DNA of 46,780 nucleotides from an uncultured Candidatus Peregrinibacteria bacterium. GTDB lineage: Bacteria > Patescibacteriota > Gracilibacteria > Peribacterales > Peribacteraceae. How positions within the stretch are numbered: the stretch's first letter is position 1; every line of letters starts with the position of its first letter. The position numbers were made by a program, and so were the translations under genes. Below, piece after piece: positions 1-8,971 of this stretch. The DNA lies in assembly GCA_903822115.1 (NCBI GenBank), contig CAIJNU010000040.1, positions 1 through 46,780 of the forward strand, written 5' to 3'. The notes under the pieces were generated by a model. The model made no database searches. It was given only the letters and a program-made list of their open reading frames with translations, and was not told the origin of the DNA.

Positions 1-107
1 CGGATAACCCTCCACTCTCTTTGTTAGTTCCACAAATTGTTACCGTTAGGAGGGTAAAGGGGGTGTGGGGGACCTAGGGAACCGAACAAGGTTCCCTGGT
101 CCCCCAC
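1..107 (-). repeat. Copy A of a ~107-nt structured repeat, cut by the window start; its reverse complement matches 40247..40354
   Basis: Manual alignment of the reverse complement of 1..107 with 40247..40354 gives one mismatch in the first 74 nt and several in the last ~32 nt. It contains a 16-bp hairpin, GGGGGACCTAGGGAACC-GAACAA-GGTTCCCTGGTCCCCC, at about 68..106. Confidence 0.85.
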
Positions 108-152
108 GAAAAGACACATGACGAAGAAAAAAGGTTGCTACGAAAGAGAAAA

Positions 153-1118
153 CTATTTTTTCGCGAACATCGCTGCGATCAGCGCACGGATGAGGAGGCG
201 GGGATGCCTGAGGAAGAAGTGCAGAGCCTCCGAAGCACCGGCCCCTCCCACGCCGCGCTTGCCGTCGATCCTCCCTCGAAACTTCTGCGCCAGCAGATCA
301 ATCTGCGAAAGGAGCGCACGCTTTACTTTTTTCCGTTCCTCCCCGCGCGGCAGGAGTGCGATGAGAGTAGAGAAGCAGCGCAATCGATCGAAGAGCCCCG
401 AACCGTTTCGATCATTGCGCATGCTCGCGCCCCCGGCATGGACGCGAAAGATGCCGAGCTCTTCTCGAAGCACTTCGATGTCCGTGAGCAGCAGGCATCG
501 CACCCAGTACTCGAGGTCGAGTCCTTGCGGCATTTTTTCCCGAAATATTCCCACACAATCCGTGAGTGAGCGTCGCAGCATCACGAAGCTCGGTTCGCCG
601 ATGAGGTTGGGCCACAGTCCCTCCTCCGCCCATTTCATCAGAAACGCCTTCCCGTTTCCCGCTTGCATCCGCTTGCGTCGTTCTTCCTGTACGCGCTCGA
701 ATCCTCCCTCGACGAGGAACGTCTGCGCATCTTCTCCTTCCGCTTTGTATGTATGGAAAGAGCTGACGAGGCCGACCGATGCGCTCTCACGGAAGATGTG
801 TACGTTCTTCTCGAGGTACTCGCGGTACCACAGATCGTCCTGGAAGAGGAACTGCACGAATTCTCCCCGCGCCTGTGCGAGACAGGCGTTCCAATTGCCG
901 GCGATCCCCAGACGTTCTTCGCTCCGTGCGAAGCGGATGCGTTCATCGCGCAGGAAGGGTTCGACGAGAGCGCGAACATCGATGCCGGACGCATCGTCAT
1001 GAATGAACAGTGTCCAGTGCGGATACGATTGATTCAGTACGGATCCCACCGCGGCCTGAAGAAAGGCGGGGTCGGGGTTGAACGTCGGCATGAGGATGCT
1101 GACTGTTTGGTGCTCCAT
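153..1118 (-). CDS. Family 2 glycosyltransferase
   Basis: The N-terminus VSILMPTFNPDPAFLQAAVGSVLNQSYPHWTLFIHDDASG is a typical GT2 (GT-A) signature with a DD motif. The ORF track starts at 1151; the internal ATG at 1118 (MEHQTVSILMP) fits family N-termini better. The stop codon is TAG. Confidence 0.85.
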   Translation of the reverse strand: MEHQTVSILMPTFNPDPAFLQAAVGSVLNQSYPHWTLFIHDDASGIDVRALVEPFLRDERIRFARSEERLGIAGNWNACLAQARGEFVQFLFQDDLWYREYLEKNVHIFRESASVGLVSSFHTYKAEGEDAQTFLVEGGFERVQEERRKRMQAGNGKAFLMKWAEEGLWPNLIGEPSFVMLRRSLTDCVGIFREKMPQGLDLEYWVRCLLLTDIEVLREELGIFRVHAGGASMRNDRNGSGLFDRLRCFSTLIALLPRGEERKKVKRALLSQIDLLAQKFRGRIDGKRGVGGAGASEALHFFLRHPRLLIRALIAAMFAKK

Positions 1119-1230
1119 CTCGCTCAGCTTAGAACATTTGTCGCACGCCACAAGTCTCGCTTCTCCGCCATTTTCAGCATCTTTTCTCCTTCCGTATCGA
1201 GCGATTTTGTCGCATCATGGATGCAGTTCC

Positions 1231-2985
1231 GTGCCTCGCGTTTCTCTCAAAATCGTCGGCGCTTCCGGTCAGGGGATCAACTCCATCGGAGAGATCCTTG
1301 CGAAGGGGCTCAAGCGCAGCGGCTACTGCGTGTTTGGATATCGCGAGTATCCGTCGCTCATCAAGGGCGGCCACGCAAGTTATCAACTCGATGTCTCCTC
1401 GGAGGAGATTGCCAGCACGGAGCGCACGGTGAATATTCTCGTCACACTCAATCATCACGGATTACAGAAGAATCTCGGAGATGTGAAGGAGGGGGGAGTG
1501 ATCGTCCATGCGGTGCAGGACTGGAAGTTCTCGGAGAGTGAACTCAAGCAGCTTTCACAGCGCAAGATCCGCGCCATCTTCCTCCCCGTCGATACGATTC
1601 TGGAAAAGTTGAAGGCGAAAGCAATTCTCGGGAATGTTCTCATCTCCGCGTTCGTCTGGGCGCTGCTCGGCCGAGACAAGGAATCCCTGAAGGCGCTCGT
1701 CGCGGAACGTTTCAAGAAGAAGCCGCAGCTCGTGGAAGCGAATATGCAGTGCATTGAGGAAGGATTTGGATTCACAGATCCCGCCGGTGCAGTGTCGATC
1801 GCGTTGCCACCACCACAGGATCGCTGGAAGAAGTGTCTGCTCATCACGGGAAGTCACGCGCTCGGGCTCGGAGCCGTCGCGGCGGGAGTTCGCTTCTTCG
1901 CGGGATATCCCATGACACCTTCAACGCCGCTGCTCACCGCAATGGCGGATATGCAGAACGAAACCGGCATGGCGATCAAGCAGGCTGAAGATGAGATCAC
2001 GGCGGCGCAGATGGTCTCCGGAGCGATGTATGCCGGCACGCGCGCTTTCACCACAACATCCGGCGGCGGGTTCGATCTCATGAGCGAGACGCTCTCGATG
2101 AACGGCATTATCGAGAACCCCGTCGTGTTCGTCGTCGCACAGCGGCCCGGCCCCGGCACGGGTCTTCCCACGTGGACCGCTCAGGCCGATCTCCTCATGA
2201 CGGTGTACACGGCGCACGGAGAATTCCCTCGTGCGGTGATCGGCGTCAGTGGCAGTGCGGATGCTTTTCCGCTCTTCGCCGGGGCCTTCAACCTTGCCGA
2301 GGAGTATCAGATTCCCGTCATCGTCCTCACGGATAAGCAGCTCATGGAGGGGCTCTACACGCAGGAGCCGTTCGATCCGTCGGCCGTCTCGATTCGTCGC
2401 GGCGCACTCGTCACGGATCCGGCGAAACTTGCGAAGCTTTCTGCGAATGACCGGTACGATCCGGCGACGAAGAGCGGCGTTTCCCAGAGGTGGCTTCCGG
2501 GGAGTGAGGCACAGACATTCTGTGCGCAGGCAGATGAGCACCGGCCCGACGGATCCTCCACCGAGGATGCGGCTGTGTCTCAGGCACAGATCAGCAAACG
2601 TTTGCGAAAAGGCGATGCGCTCAAAGCCGCTTTGCCCGAGCCCGAATTCTTCGGCAGCAAGCAGCCCGACATTCTGCTCATCGGATGGGGGAGCACGAAG
2701 ACGGTGATTCTCGATGCGTTGCGCGATGAGCAACTGCAGGGCAAGAAGGTCGGCTACCTCCACTACTCCTATCTCTGGCCGCTCAAGACCGACACCTTCG
2801 TCAAGCTTTCGAAGAGCGCGAAGAAGATCGTGCTCGTGGAAGGGAATGCGCAGGGTCAGCTCGGCAGTCTCCTGCGACAGGAGAGCGGCATCGAAATCCG
2901 CGAGAAGATTCTGAAGTTCGACGGACGTCCGTTCTTCTATGACGAGTTGATTGAGAGACTTCTTCCGATCGTTTCCAAATCATGA
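1231..2985 (+). CDS. 2-oxoacid:ferredoxin oxidoreductase, fused gamma-alpha type subunit
   Basis: A gamma-like N-terminal domain (KIVGASGQGINSIGEILAK) is followed by an alpha domain (FFAGYPMTPSTPLL, FVVAQRPGPGTGLPT). The ORF-track start at 1078 overlaps the divergent GT2 gene; in-frame GTG at 1231 or TTG at 1207 is more plausible. It overlaps the next gene by ATGA. Confidence 0.85.
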   Translation: MPRVSLKIVGASGQGINSIGEILAKGLKRSGYCVFGYREYPSLIKGGHASYQLDVSSEEIASTERTVNILVTLNHHGLQKNLGDVKEGGVIVHAVQDWKFSESELKQLSQRKIRAIFLPVDTILEKLKAKAILGNVLISAFVWALLGRDKESLKALVAERFKKKPQLVEANMQCIEEGFGFTDPAGAVSIALPPPQDRWKKCLLITGSHALGLGAVAAGVRFFAGYPMTPSTPLLTAMADMQNETGMAIKQAEDEITAAQMVSGAMYAGTRAFTTTSGGGFDLMSETLSMNGIIENPVVFVVAQRPGPGTGLPTWTAQADLLMTVYTAHGEFPRAVIGVSGSADAFPLFAGAFNLAEEYQIPVIVLTDKQLMEGLYTQEPFDPSAVSIRRGALVTDPAKLAKLSANDRYDPATKSGVSQRWLPGSEAQTFCAQADEHRPDGSSTEDAAVSQAQISKRLRKGDALKAALPEPEFFGSKQPDILLIGWGSTKTVILDALRDEQLQGKKVGYLHYSYLWPLKTDTFVKLSKSAKKIVLVEGNAQGQLGSLLRQESGIEIREKILKFDGRPFFYDELIERLLPIVSKS

Positions 2986-3869
2986 GTATTCCCCTCGATA
3001 GCAGCGGCCCCCAGATGAAGGACTACGCCTCGTCTCAGATGTGCACGTGGTGCGATGCATGCGGCGATTACGGCATCTGGACAGCGATCAAAAAAGCGCT
3101 TGTGGAACTCAAAATCCACCCATGGCAGGCGCTCCTCTGCTTCGATGTCGGGTGTCACGGAAACATGGCCGATAAGCTCAACGGGTATCGCTTCCACGGG
3201 CTTCACGGTCGTGTCATTCCCTTCGCGGCGGGCGCGAAGATCGCCAATCGCACATTGCCGGTGATCGCCGTCGGCGGAGACGGGGCGAGCTTCTCGGAGG
3301 GGGTCGGGCACCTTGTCCACGCAATCCGTTCCAATTATCCGATCGTCTTCATCCTCCACAACAACGCGAACTACGGGCTCACCACCGGCCAAGCCAGCGC
3401 GCTCACGCCGAAGGGGCAGAAGATGAACGTGAGTCCCAACGGCATTCCCGAGCGCATGCTCCCCTCGATGGATTTCGTCTTCTCTTTGCAACCGACCTTC
3501 GTGGCGCGTGGATTTTCCGGAGACATTCCGCAACTTACGGGGATCTTGAAAGAGGCGATCGCGCACCGCGGGTTCGCATTCGTCGACGTGCTGCAGTCCT
3601 GTCCGACGTACAACCACTTCGCGACGCACGACTACCTTCTCGAACACTGTTACGACGTGGGGAAAGAAGGGCATGATGCGAAGAACTTTGAGAAGGCGCG
3701 GCAGCTCGCCGTCGACACGTCGCAGCGCATCGCTACCGGCGTGCTCTATCGCGACGAAGACGTGCCGGACTTCTGCGAGGAGCTCGTGCCGAGGAAGGGG
3801 AAGACGACGGAATTGATCGAGGAGGTGCAGAGCGCGGACATCACGCGTTTCTATCCGGAATTCATCTGA
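2982..3869 (+). CDS. 2-oxoacid:ferredoxin oxidoreductase, beta (TPP-binding) subunit
   Basis: It has the CTWCDACGDYGIW cysteine motif and the TPP-binding GGDGASFSEG...NNANYGLTTGQ. It is translationally coupled (ATGA) to the alpha subunit gene. Confidence 0.9.
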   Translation: MSIPLDSSGPQMKDYASSQMCTWCDACGDYGIWTAIKKALVELKIHPWQALLCFDVGCHGNMADKLNGYRFHGLHGRVIPFAAGAKIANRTLPVIAVGGDGASFSEGVGHLVHAIRSNYPIVFILHNNANYGLTTGQASALTPKGQKMNVSPNGIPERMLPSMDFVFSLQPTFVARGFSGDIPQLTGILKEAIAHRGFAFVDVLQSCPTYNHFATHDYLLEHCYDVGKEGHDAKNFEKARQLAVDTSQRIATGVLYRDEDVPDFCEELVPRKGKTTELIEEVQSADITRFYPEFI

Positions 3870-3911
3870 TGGAAGCCAAAAAATCTACTTCTCCTTCACT
3901 ATACTGATTCC

Positions 3912-4586
3912 ATGCGCATCGATGTCCTGACGCTCTTCCCCGGGATGTTCAACGGGCCTCTCACCGAGAGCATCCTCGCGCGCGCGCAGGATCGAAAATT
4001 GCTGCAGGTGAATCTCCATGATTTGCGGCAGTTCGGAACGGGGAAGTACAGGCAGGTGGATGACTCTCCGTACGGAGGCGGGGCGGGAATGGTGATGCGA
4101 CCGGATGTGATCGTCCCGGCCATCGAGAAACTCGCGGAAGAGAAGAGGGGGAAGAAAAGTAACAAGAAGGAGAAACGTGCGTGGAGGATCTACCTCTCTC
4201 CGCGCGGCGAAAAATTGACGCAGGAGCGTGTGGAGAAGCTCGCGAAGAAGGATCGGCTCCTCCTCCTCTGCGGTCACTACGAAGGAATCGATCAACGTAT
4301 TTGCGACGGATGGATCGACGAGGAAATTTCCATCGGCGATTACGTCCTCACCGGCGGCGAACTTCCCGCGATGGTATTGATCGATGCGGTGGCGCGTCAG
4401 ATTCCGGGGGTGCTCGGCAAGGACGAATCCGCCGCCGCCGAGAGCTTCTCGAAGGCGCTCGATCGCAAGAAAGAGTATCCGCACTACACGCGACCCGAAG
4501 TCTTCCGTGGGAAGAAAGTTCCGCCCGTCCTCCTCTCCGGCAATCACCGGAAGATTGAGGAGTGGCGGAAGGATCACCTGCAATGA
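3912..4586 (+). CDS. trmD: tRNA (guanine37-N1)-methyltransferase
   Basis: MRIDVLTLFPGMF..., DDSPYGGGAGMVM and GHYEGIDQR...SIGDYVLTGGELPAMVLIDAV are classic TrmD motifs. Confidence 0.95.
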   Translation: MRIDVLTLFPGMFNGPLTESILARAQDRKLLQVNLHDLRQFGTGKYRQVDDSPYGGGAGMVMRPDVIVPAIEKLAEEKRGKKSNKKEKRAWRIYLSPRGEKLTQERVEKLAKKDRLLLLCGHYEGIDQRICDGWIDEEISIGDYVLTGGELPAMVLIDAVARQIPGVLGKDESAAAESFSKALDRKKEYPHYTRPEVFRGKKVPPVLLSGNHRKIEEWRKDHLQ

Positions 4587-4855
4587 ATATGCTCACCGAA
4601 CTCCAGCAGACATTGGCGCGAGAGGGAAAGGTCTCCTTCTCATTGCGCGTGCGTCCGAATGCTCGGCAAACCCAGATCGTTTCCGTGATGGAGGATGACA
4701 GCGTGAAGATCGCGCTCGCGGCGCCGGCAGAGGAAGGAAAGGCGAACGCGGAGTTGATCCGGTTTCTATCCGAACAATTTGGAGTCCATGCTTCTCACGT
4801 GGAGATTCTCGCCGGCGGAAGCGGCCGACGGAAGGTCGTGCGGATCTCAGCGTAA
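4583..4855 (+). CDS. DUF167 (YggU/UPF0235) family protein
   Basis: VRPNARQTQIV...IALAAPAEEGKANAELIRFLSEQFGV...VEILAGGSGRRKVVRI matches the YggU pattern. ATG at 4583 overlaps the trmD stop (ATGA); the ORF track starts at GTG 4562. Confidence 0.8.
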   Translation: MNMLTELQQTLAREGKVSFSLRVRPNARQTQIVSVMEDDSVKIALAAPAEEGKANAELIRFLSEQFGVHASHVEILAGGSGRRKVVRISA

Positions 4856-5530
4856 GCGCTTCTCCGTCCCCCTCAGAAATCCCGGTATCACTCCCGCGAG
4901 GCATCCCCACGCGAAGTACCAGAAGAGTTCGGTCCATGGTGTTCCCATCCAGAGCATCATGCCGAGCCGCGTCCCCCTAAGCAGCCACGCGTGCTCCCAC
5001 CAGTGCGGTGCGAGGAATCCGAAGAGGATGACGTAGAGCGGGATGGCGAGGAGTGTGAGGATCAATCCCGTCGCGAGAGCGGGCCAGAGGAGATCTCTGC
5101 GAATACCGATCATGATTCCCGCGATCAGAAGAAATAAAAGCGCACTCACGATGACCGAGTTGAAGCCGAGGGTGTTGACGAAGAGTAACATTCCGCCAAC
5201 GCCGAAGAGGAACAGTACGCTGAAGAGGAAGGAGTGCGGGACGCCGCGAAATTCCTCCTCACGTTTGAAGAACACATCGAAGAGCACGGCGGAGAATCCC
5301 GCAACGGCGAATCCCGCGAGCAAATCCTCGGGCACCGTGAAGCCGTAGATGATCGAGGGCGGGTGCCAGTAATCCTTCAAGTGCCAGAACTCCGAGAGGA
5401 TTCCCGCAATGGCTCCGATGATCCCCGCGCGCAGCAGCAAATGACGTTGGTCGCGTCGGGTGGCGTACGCTGCGAGCCACCAGGCGAGGAAGTACAAGCC
5501 GAGGATGGCGTAGGCGAAGCGTTCGATCAT
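4847..5530 (-). CDS. Polytopic integral membrane protein, function unknown
   Basis: About seven hydrophobic segments are present and I recognise no diagnostic motif. ATG at 5530 forms an ATGA overlap with the stop of the upstream DsbA-like gene; the ORF track extends to 5554. Confidence 0.6.
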   Translation of the reverse strand: MIERFAYAILGLYFLAWWLAAYATRRDQRHLLLRAGIIGAIAGILSEFWHLKDYWHPPSIIYGFTVPEDLLAGFAVAGFSAVLFDVFFKREEEFRGVPHSFLFSVLFLFGVGGMLLFVNTLGFNSVIVSALLFLLIAGIMIGIRRDLLWPALATGLILTLLAIPLYVILFGFLAPHWWEHAWLLRGTRLGMMLWMGTPWTELFWYFAWGCLAGVIPGFLRGTEKRLR

Positions 5531-6204
5531 CGTTTCTGAGTGTGCTGGATCCATGCGCGCAGATCCGCGTACGGCTGCAGTCCGATTTTCTTCTCCTCTT
5601 GGAGGATCAGCGTCGGTGCGAGCGTTACGCCGTAGTGCAGAGCCAGCGATTCCTGCTCTTGTACTGCGGCGGAGGCAGCGGGGGAGGAGAGACAGGTAGT
5701 GAGTTTCGGGAGATCGAGACCGAGAGATTTAGCAGCGGAGAGCGTGGCCGTCTCTGAGTGCTTGGGGAGAGAGAAGAGCGCGTCGTGCATTACCATACCC
5801 TTCCCCTGCGCGGCGGCGCAGAAGAGTGTTCGCATTTCCCGCTCGCTCTCGGGATACTTCTTCATCGGCAGAATGGCGATCTCAAGATGCAACGTGCTGG
5901 GAGCGACGAAGTCCGTCTGCAGGCGGGGCACGTCTTGTTCGAAGAATTCCTTACAGTACGAGCAGGAGGGATTGGTGAAAGCAATGAGTGTGAGCGGCGC
6001 CGTGCTCTTGCCGATCTCCAGCAGGCTCCCCGACGTATAGGCGAATGGAAGAACAGCGACGGCTCTCTGCGAATCGATCGGGGACAGTGATGATGATGCG
6101 ATTTCGGAGGAGGTCCCCGTCTGTTGTGTCGACGGGGTGAGTGCAAAAGGCGTGCAAGCGGCGAGCAGCGGCAGCGCGAGGAAGAGGAAACGGAGCTTTC
6201 GCAT
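5527..6204 (-). CDS. DsbA/thioredoxin-fold lipoprotein (thiol:disulfide oxidoreductase-like)
   Basis: It has a lipoprotein signal (LALPLLAACTP) and a CxxC active site in the DsbA context FTNPSCSYCKEF. Confidence 0.8.
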   Translation of the reverse strand: MRKLRFLFLALPLLAACTPFALTPSTQQTGTSSEIASSSLSPIDSQRAVAVLPFAYTSGSLLEIGKSTAPLTLIAFTNPSCSYCKEFFEQDVPRLQTDFVAPSTLHLEIAILPMKKYPESEREMRTLFCAAAQGKGMVMHDALFSLPKHSETATLSAAKSLGLDLPKLTTCLSSPAASAAVQEQESLALHYGVTLAPTLILQEEKKIGLQPYADLRAWIQHTQKR

Positions 6205-6270
6205 GCTTCGAGGATACCGCAGTCGCCTTCCTTATCCAAAAGACCGATGTGCTGTGCTACGATGCGGTGA

Positions 6271-7029
6271 GTGCCGGACGGGAATTTCGAAGCATCGGCG
6301 AAGGTGACGCTCCTGGGTGCTCCCATCGATGCGGTTTCGATGGACGAAACGGTGGCGAGGATTCATCGCTTCCTCGACGAACAGCGCCAGCATCAGATCA
6401 TCACCCCCAACAGCGAGATGCTCAGGGAGGCGGCGAAGAACCGCGAGTTTCGGGACGTGCTGAGTCGCAGCAGTCTCAATCTTCCCGACGGAGCGGGGCT
6501 TCTGCTTATGGCGCGCCTCACGGGGCAGAGACTCCCGTACCGCGTGACGGGAACGGATACGCTTCAGATCCTCTGCCGGGATCTCGGGCCGGAATATCCC
6601 GTGTTCTTTCTCGGCGCGGGGCCGGGCGTCGCCGAGCGCGCGGCGCAGGAGCTCAAGGCGAGAAATCCCCGATTGAAGATCGTCGGAACGTATGCCGGTT
6701 CTCCGAGCGAGAGCGACGCCGCGGACATCGTCGCGCGCATCAATGCGGCGAATCCCGTACTCCTCTTCGTTGCGTTCGGAGCTCCGCGTCAGGAAATGTG
6801 GATCGCGCAGCATCTCTCCTCGCTCACGAGCGTGAAAGTCGCGATGGGGATCGGCGGGGCTTTTGATTTCATCGCGGGCGTGCAGAAGCGCGCCCCCGCG
6901 CTCTTTCGATCAGTGGGGTTGGAGTGGCTCTGGCGCGTCGTGCGCGAGCCGAAGAGAATCGGGCGCATCTGGAATGCGGTCGTTGTGTTTCCGTCTCTCG
7001 TTGCACGGTACGGCAGGGAAGCTCCGTAG
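6271..7029 (+). CDS. WecB/TagA/CpsF-family glycosyltransferase (ManNAc-transferase-like)
   Basis: LLGAPIDAVSMDETV..., IITPNSEML..., NLPDGAGLL and FVAFGAPRQEMWI match the TagA family pattern. The start is GTG and the stop is TAG. Confidence 0.85.
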   Translation: MPDGNFEASAKVTLLGAPIDAVSMDETVARIHRFLDEQRQHQIITPNSEMLREAAKNREFRDVLSRSSLNLPDGAGLLLMARLTGQRLPYRVTGTDTLQILCRDLGPEYPVFFLGAGPGVAERAAQELKARNPRLKIVGTYAGSPSESDAADIVARINAANPVLLFVAFGAPRQEMWIAQHLSSLTSVKVAMGIGGAFDFIAGVQKRAPALFRSVGLEWLWRVVREPKRIGRIWNAVVVFPSLVARYGREAP

Positions 7030-7030
7030 A

Positions 7031-7345
7031 TCAGTGCAGCTGTTCTTCCAGTTCCACGAACCAGTTGTTCGGTCCGCGCCTGAGTCGGATGAGTTCGGAG
7101 CCGCTCTTCGTTTGCACGAGGTAGTCGCGTTCCTTGGTCTTCTCCCTCAGCAACGTACTCGAACTGATCTGTTCGTCGGGGAGGAGGAGGTAGAGAGCGA
7201 TGTCGGGCTTCTCCGTGAGCGCGGCTGTCAGGTTGAAGCTCGCGCGGGCGAGTGTCGCGGCGACGCCGACGATGAGCGCGCTGACGAGCACCGCCCAGAA
7301 GTACGTGTGCGTGAAGCGCAATTTCGATAGATTTTTGATGTCCAT
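7031..7345 (-). CDS. Small N-terminally membrane-anchored hypothetical protein
   Basis: An internal ATG (MDIKNLSKLRF...) is followed by one TM helix (YFWAVLVSALIVGVAATLA). The rest of ORF 7031..7990 overlaps gpmI antisense and is discounted. Confidence 0.5.
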   Translation of the reverse strand: MDIKNLSKLRFTHTYFWAVLVSALIVGVAATLARASFNLTAALTEKPDIALYLLLPDEQISSSTLLREKTKERDYLVQTKSGSELIRLRRGPNNWFVELEEQLH

Positions 7346-7396
7346 GTTCACCACTATTATAGCGCAAATCGCTCCTCTGCGGTAGTGTAGAAGTCC

Positions 7397-8905
7397 GTGA
7401 AGAAGCTCTGTCTCATCATCATCGATGGATTCGGCGTTGCGCCTCCCGGCCCCGGGAATGCGCGTCTTCTGGCCAAAATGCCGACGATAACGCGCTTGGA
7501 GAAGGAGGTGCCCAATGTGATCATGGCCGCTTCGGGGAACGCGGCGGGGTTGCCTCAGGGGCAGCAGGGGGCGAGTGAGCCGGGTCACCTCGTGATGGGG
7601 GCAGGGCGCATCGTGTGGCAGCCGCTTGAGGAAATTAATCTCGCCATACGATCGAAGAAATTTTTCGGAAATCCCGTTCTCGTTTCCGCGTGCGATCGGG
7701 CGAAAGTGAGGAAGGTTCCGCTTCACCTCTTCGTCATTTTCTCCTTCGGCGGTGTGCACGGTCACATCGATCACCTCTTTGCCATGATGGAGCTTGCGAA
7801 GGAGCGCGGTGTCGAGGAAGTGATTCTTCATCTCGTCGGTGACGGTCGCGATGTTCCCAAGCAGCAGTTCTGCAAGGACTTCGAAGTGCTCTGCGAGAAG
7901 CTGAAGACGATGCCCTTCGCGAAAGTCGCGTCTCTCATCGGTCGGTACTATGCGATGGATCGTGACAAGCAGTACGCGGATCGCACGCAACTCTCCTACC
8001 GTTTACTGACACAGGGGGAGGGGGAGGAGGTCGAGGATCTGTGCGACGGTGCGAAGCGATGGTACGACAGCGCTCCCGAGGATCAGAAGACCGACTACTA
8101 CATCCGTCCGCTCAAGACGAAAGATTTTCGGGAGGTGAAACCCGGTGACGTTTTCGTCGATCTCAATTTCCGGTCCGATCGCCAGATACAGATCGTCTCG
8201 GCATTGAACAATGAGACGTTTGAGGAATTTCCCCGGCCGATTCGCATCGAGGATGTGGTCTGCATGGGGCCGTACTCGGATCATCTCCCCGTTGCGTATC
8301 CCGCAACACCCGTTCCCAATACATTGGGAGAGGTTGTGTCGAAGGCGGGGCTGAAGCAGTTGAGGATCGCGGAGACGGACAAGATGGCGCACGTGACGTT
8401 CTTCTTCAATGCGCAGAGACAGGAGCCTTTTGGGGGAGAGGATCGCATTCTCATCGAATCTCCGAAAGTGCCGAACTTCGCCGAGGCTCCCGAAATGAGT
8501 GCGGAGAAACTTACGACGACATTGATCGAAAAGGTTGAGACTGAGATGTATGGTTTCATCGTTGCCAACTACGCCAATCCCGATCTCGTGGGACACGGCG
8601 CCGATCTTGCAGCGGAAATCATTGCCTGCGAAACCGTCGATAAAAATCTTGCGCGACTCCTCCCCATACTCGATGCGCATGGGTACGACTGGATCGTCAC
8701 AGCGGATCATGGCAATGCGGAGGAGAAGTACCTTCGGGGGACGACGACTATTTCTCCGAGCCATACGACGAATCCCGTACAGACATTCGTGCACTCATCG
8801 CTTATCACCTCTTCCGATCAGCTGAAACAATGCACGGGCATCAAGGATATCGCGCCTCTCTGCTTGAAGATTCTCGGTCTCCCCGTCCCTGCTGAAATGC
8901 GGTGA
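7397..8905 (+). CDS. gpmI: 2,3-bisphosphoglycerate-independent phosphoglycerate mutase
   Basis: LIIIDGFG, the SFGGVHGHIDH-type motif, NYANPDLVGH and TADHGNAE are iPGM signatures. The start is GTG. Confidence 0.9.
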   Translation: MKKLCLIIIDGFGVAPPGPGNARLLAKMPTITRLEKEVPNVIMAASGNAAGLPQGQQGASEPGHLVMGAGRIVWQPLEEINLAIRSKKFFGNPVLVSACDRAKVRKVPLHLFVIFSFGGVHGHIDHLFAMMELAKERGVEEVILHLVGDGRDVPKQQFCKDFEVLCEKLKTMPFAKVASLIGRYYAMDRDKQYADRTQLSYRLLTQGEGEEVEDLCDGAKRWYDSAPEDQKTDYYIRPLKTKDFREVKPGDVFVDLNFRSDRQIQIVSALNNETFEEFPRPIRIEDVVCMGPYSDHLPVAYPATPVPNTLGEVVSKAGLKQLRIAETDKMAHVTFFFNAQRQEPFGGEDRILIESPKVPNFAEAPEMSAEKLTTTLIEKVETEMYGFIVANYANPDLVGHGADLAAEIIACETVDKNLARLLPILDAHGYDWIVTADHGNAEEKYLRGTTTISPSHTTNPVQTFVHSSLITSSDQLKQCTGIKDIAPLCLKILGLPVPAEMR

Positions 8906-8971
8906 AGGAAGTCGGAGGAAAGAATCGCAACCAATTTCCCTTCGCGCGCACCCGACGCTATTCTGTGGTCG

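Noticed and set aside
7346-7990. The upstream two-thirds of ORF 7031..7990 (minus strand).
   Set aside because: It overlaps gpmI antisense. Only the part from the internal ATG at 7345 (a TM-anchored 104-aa product) lies in otherwise free sequence.
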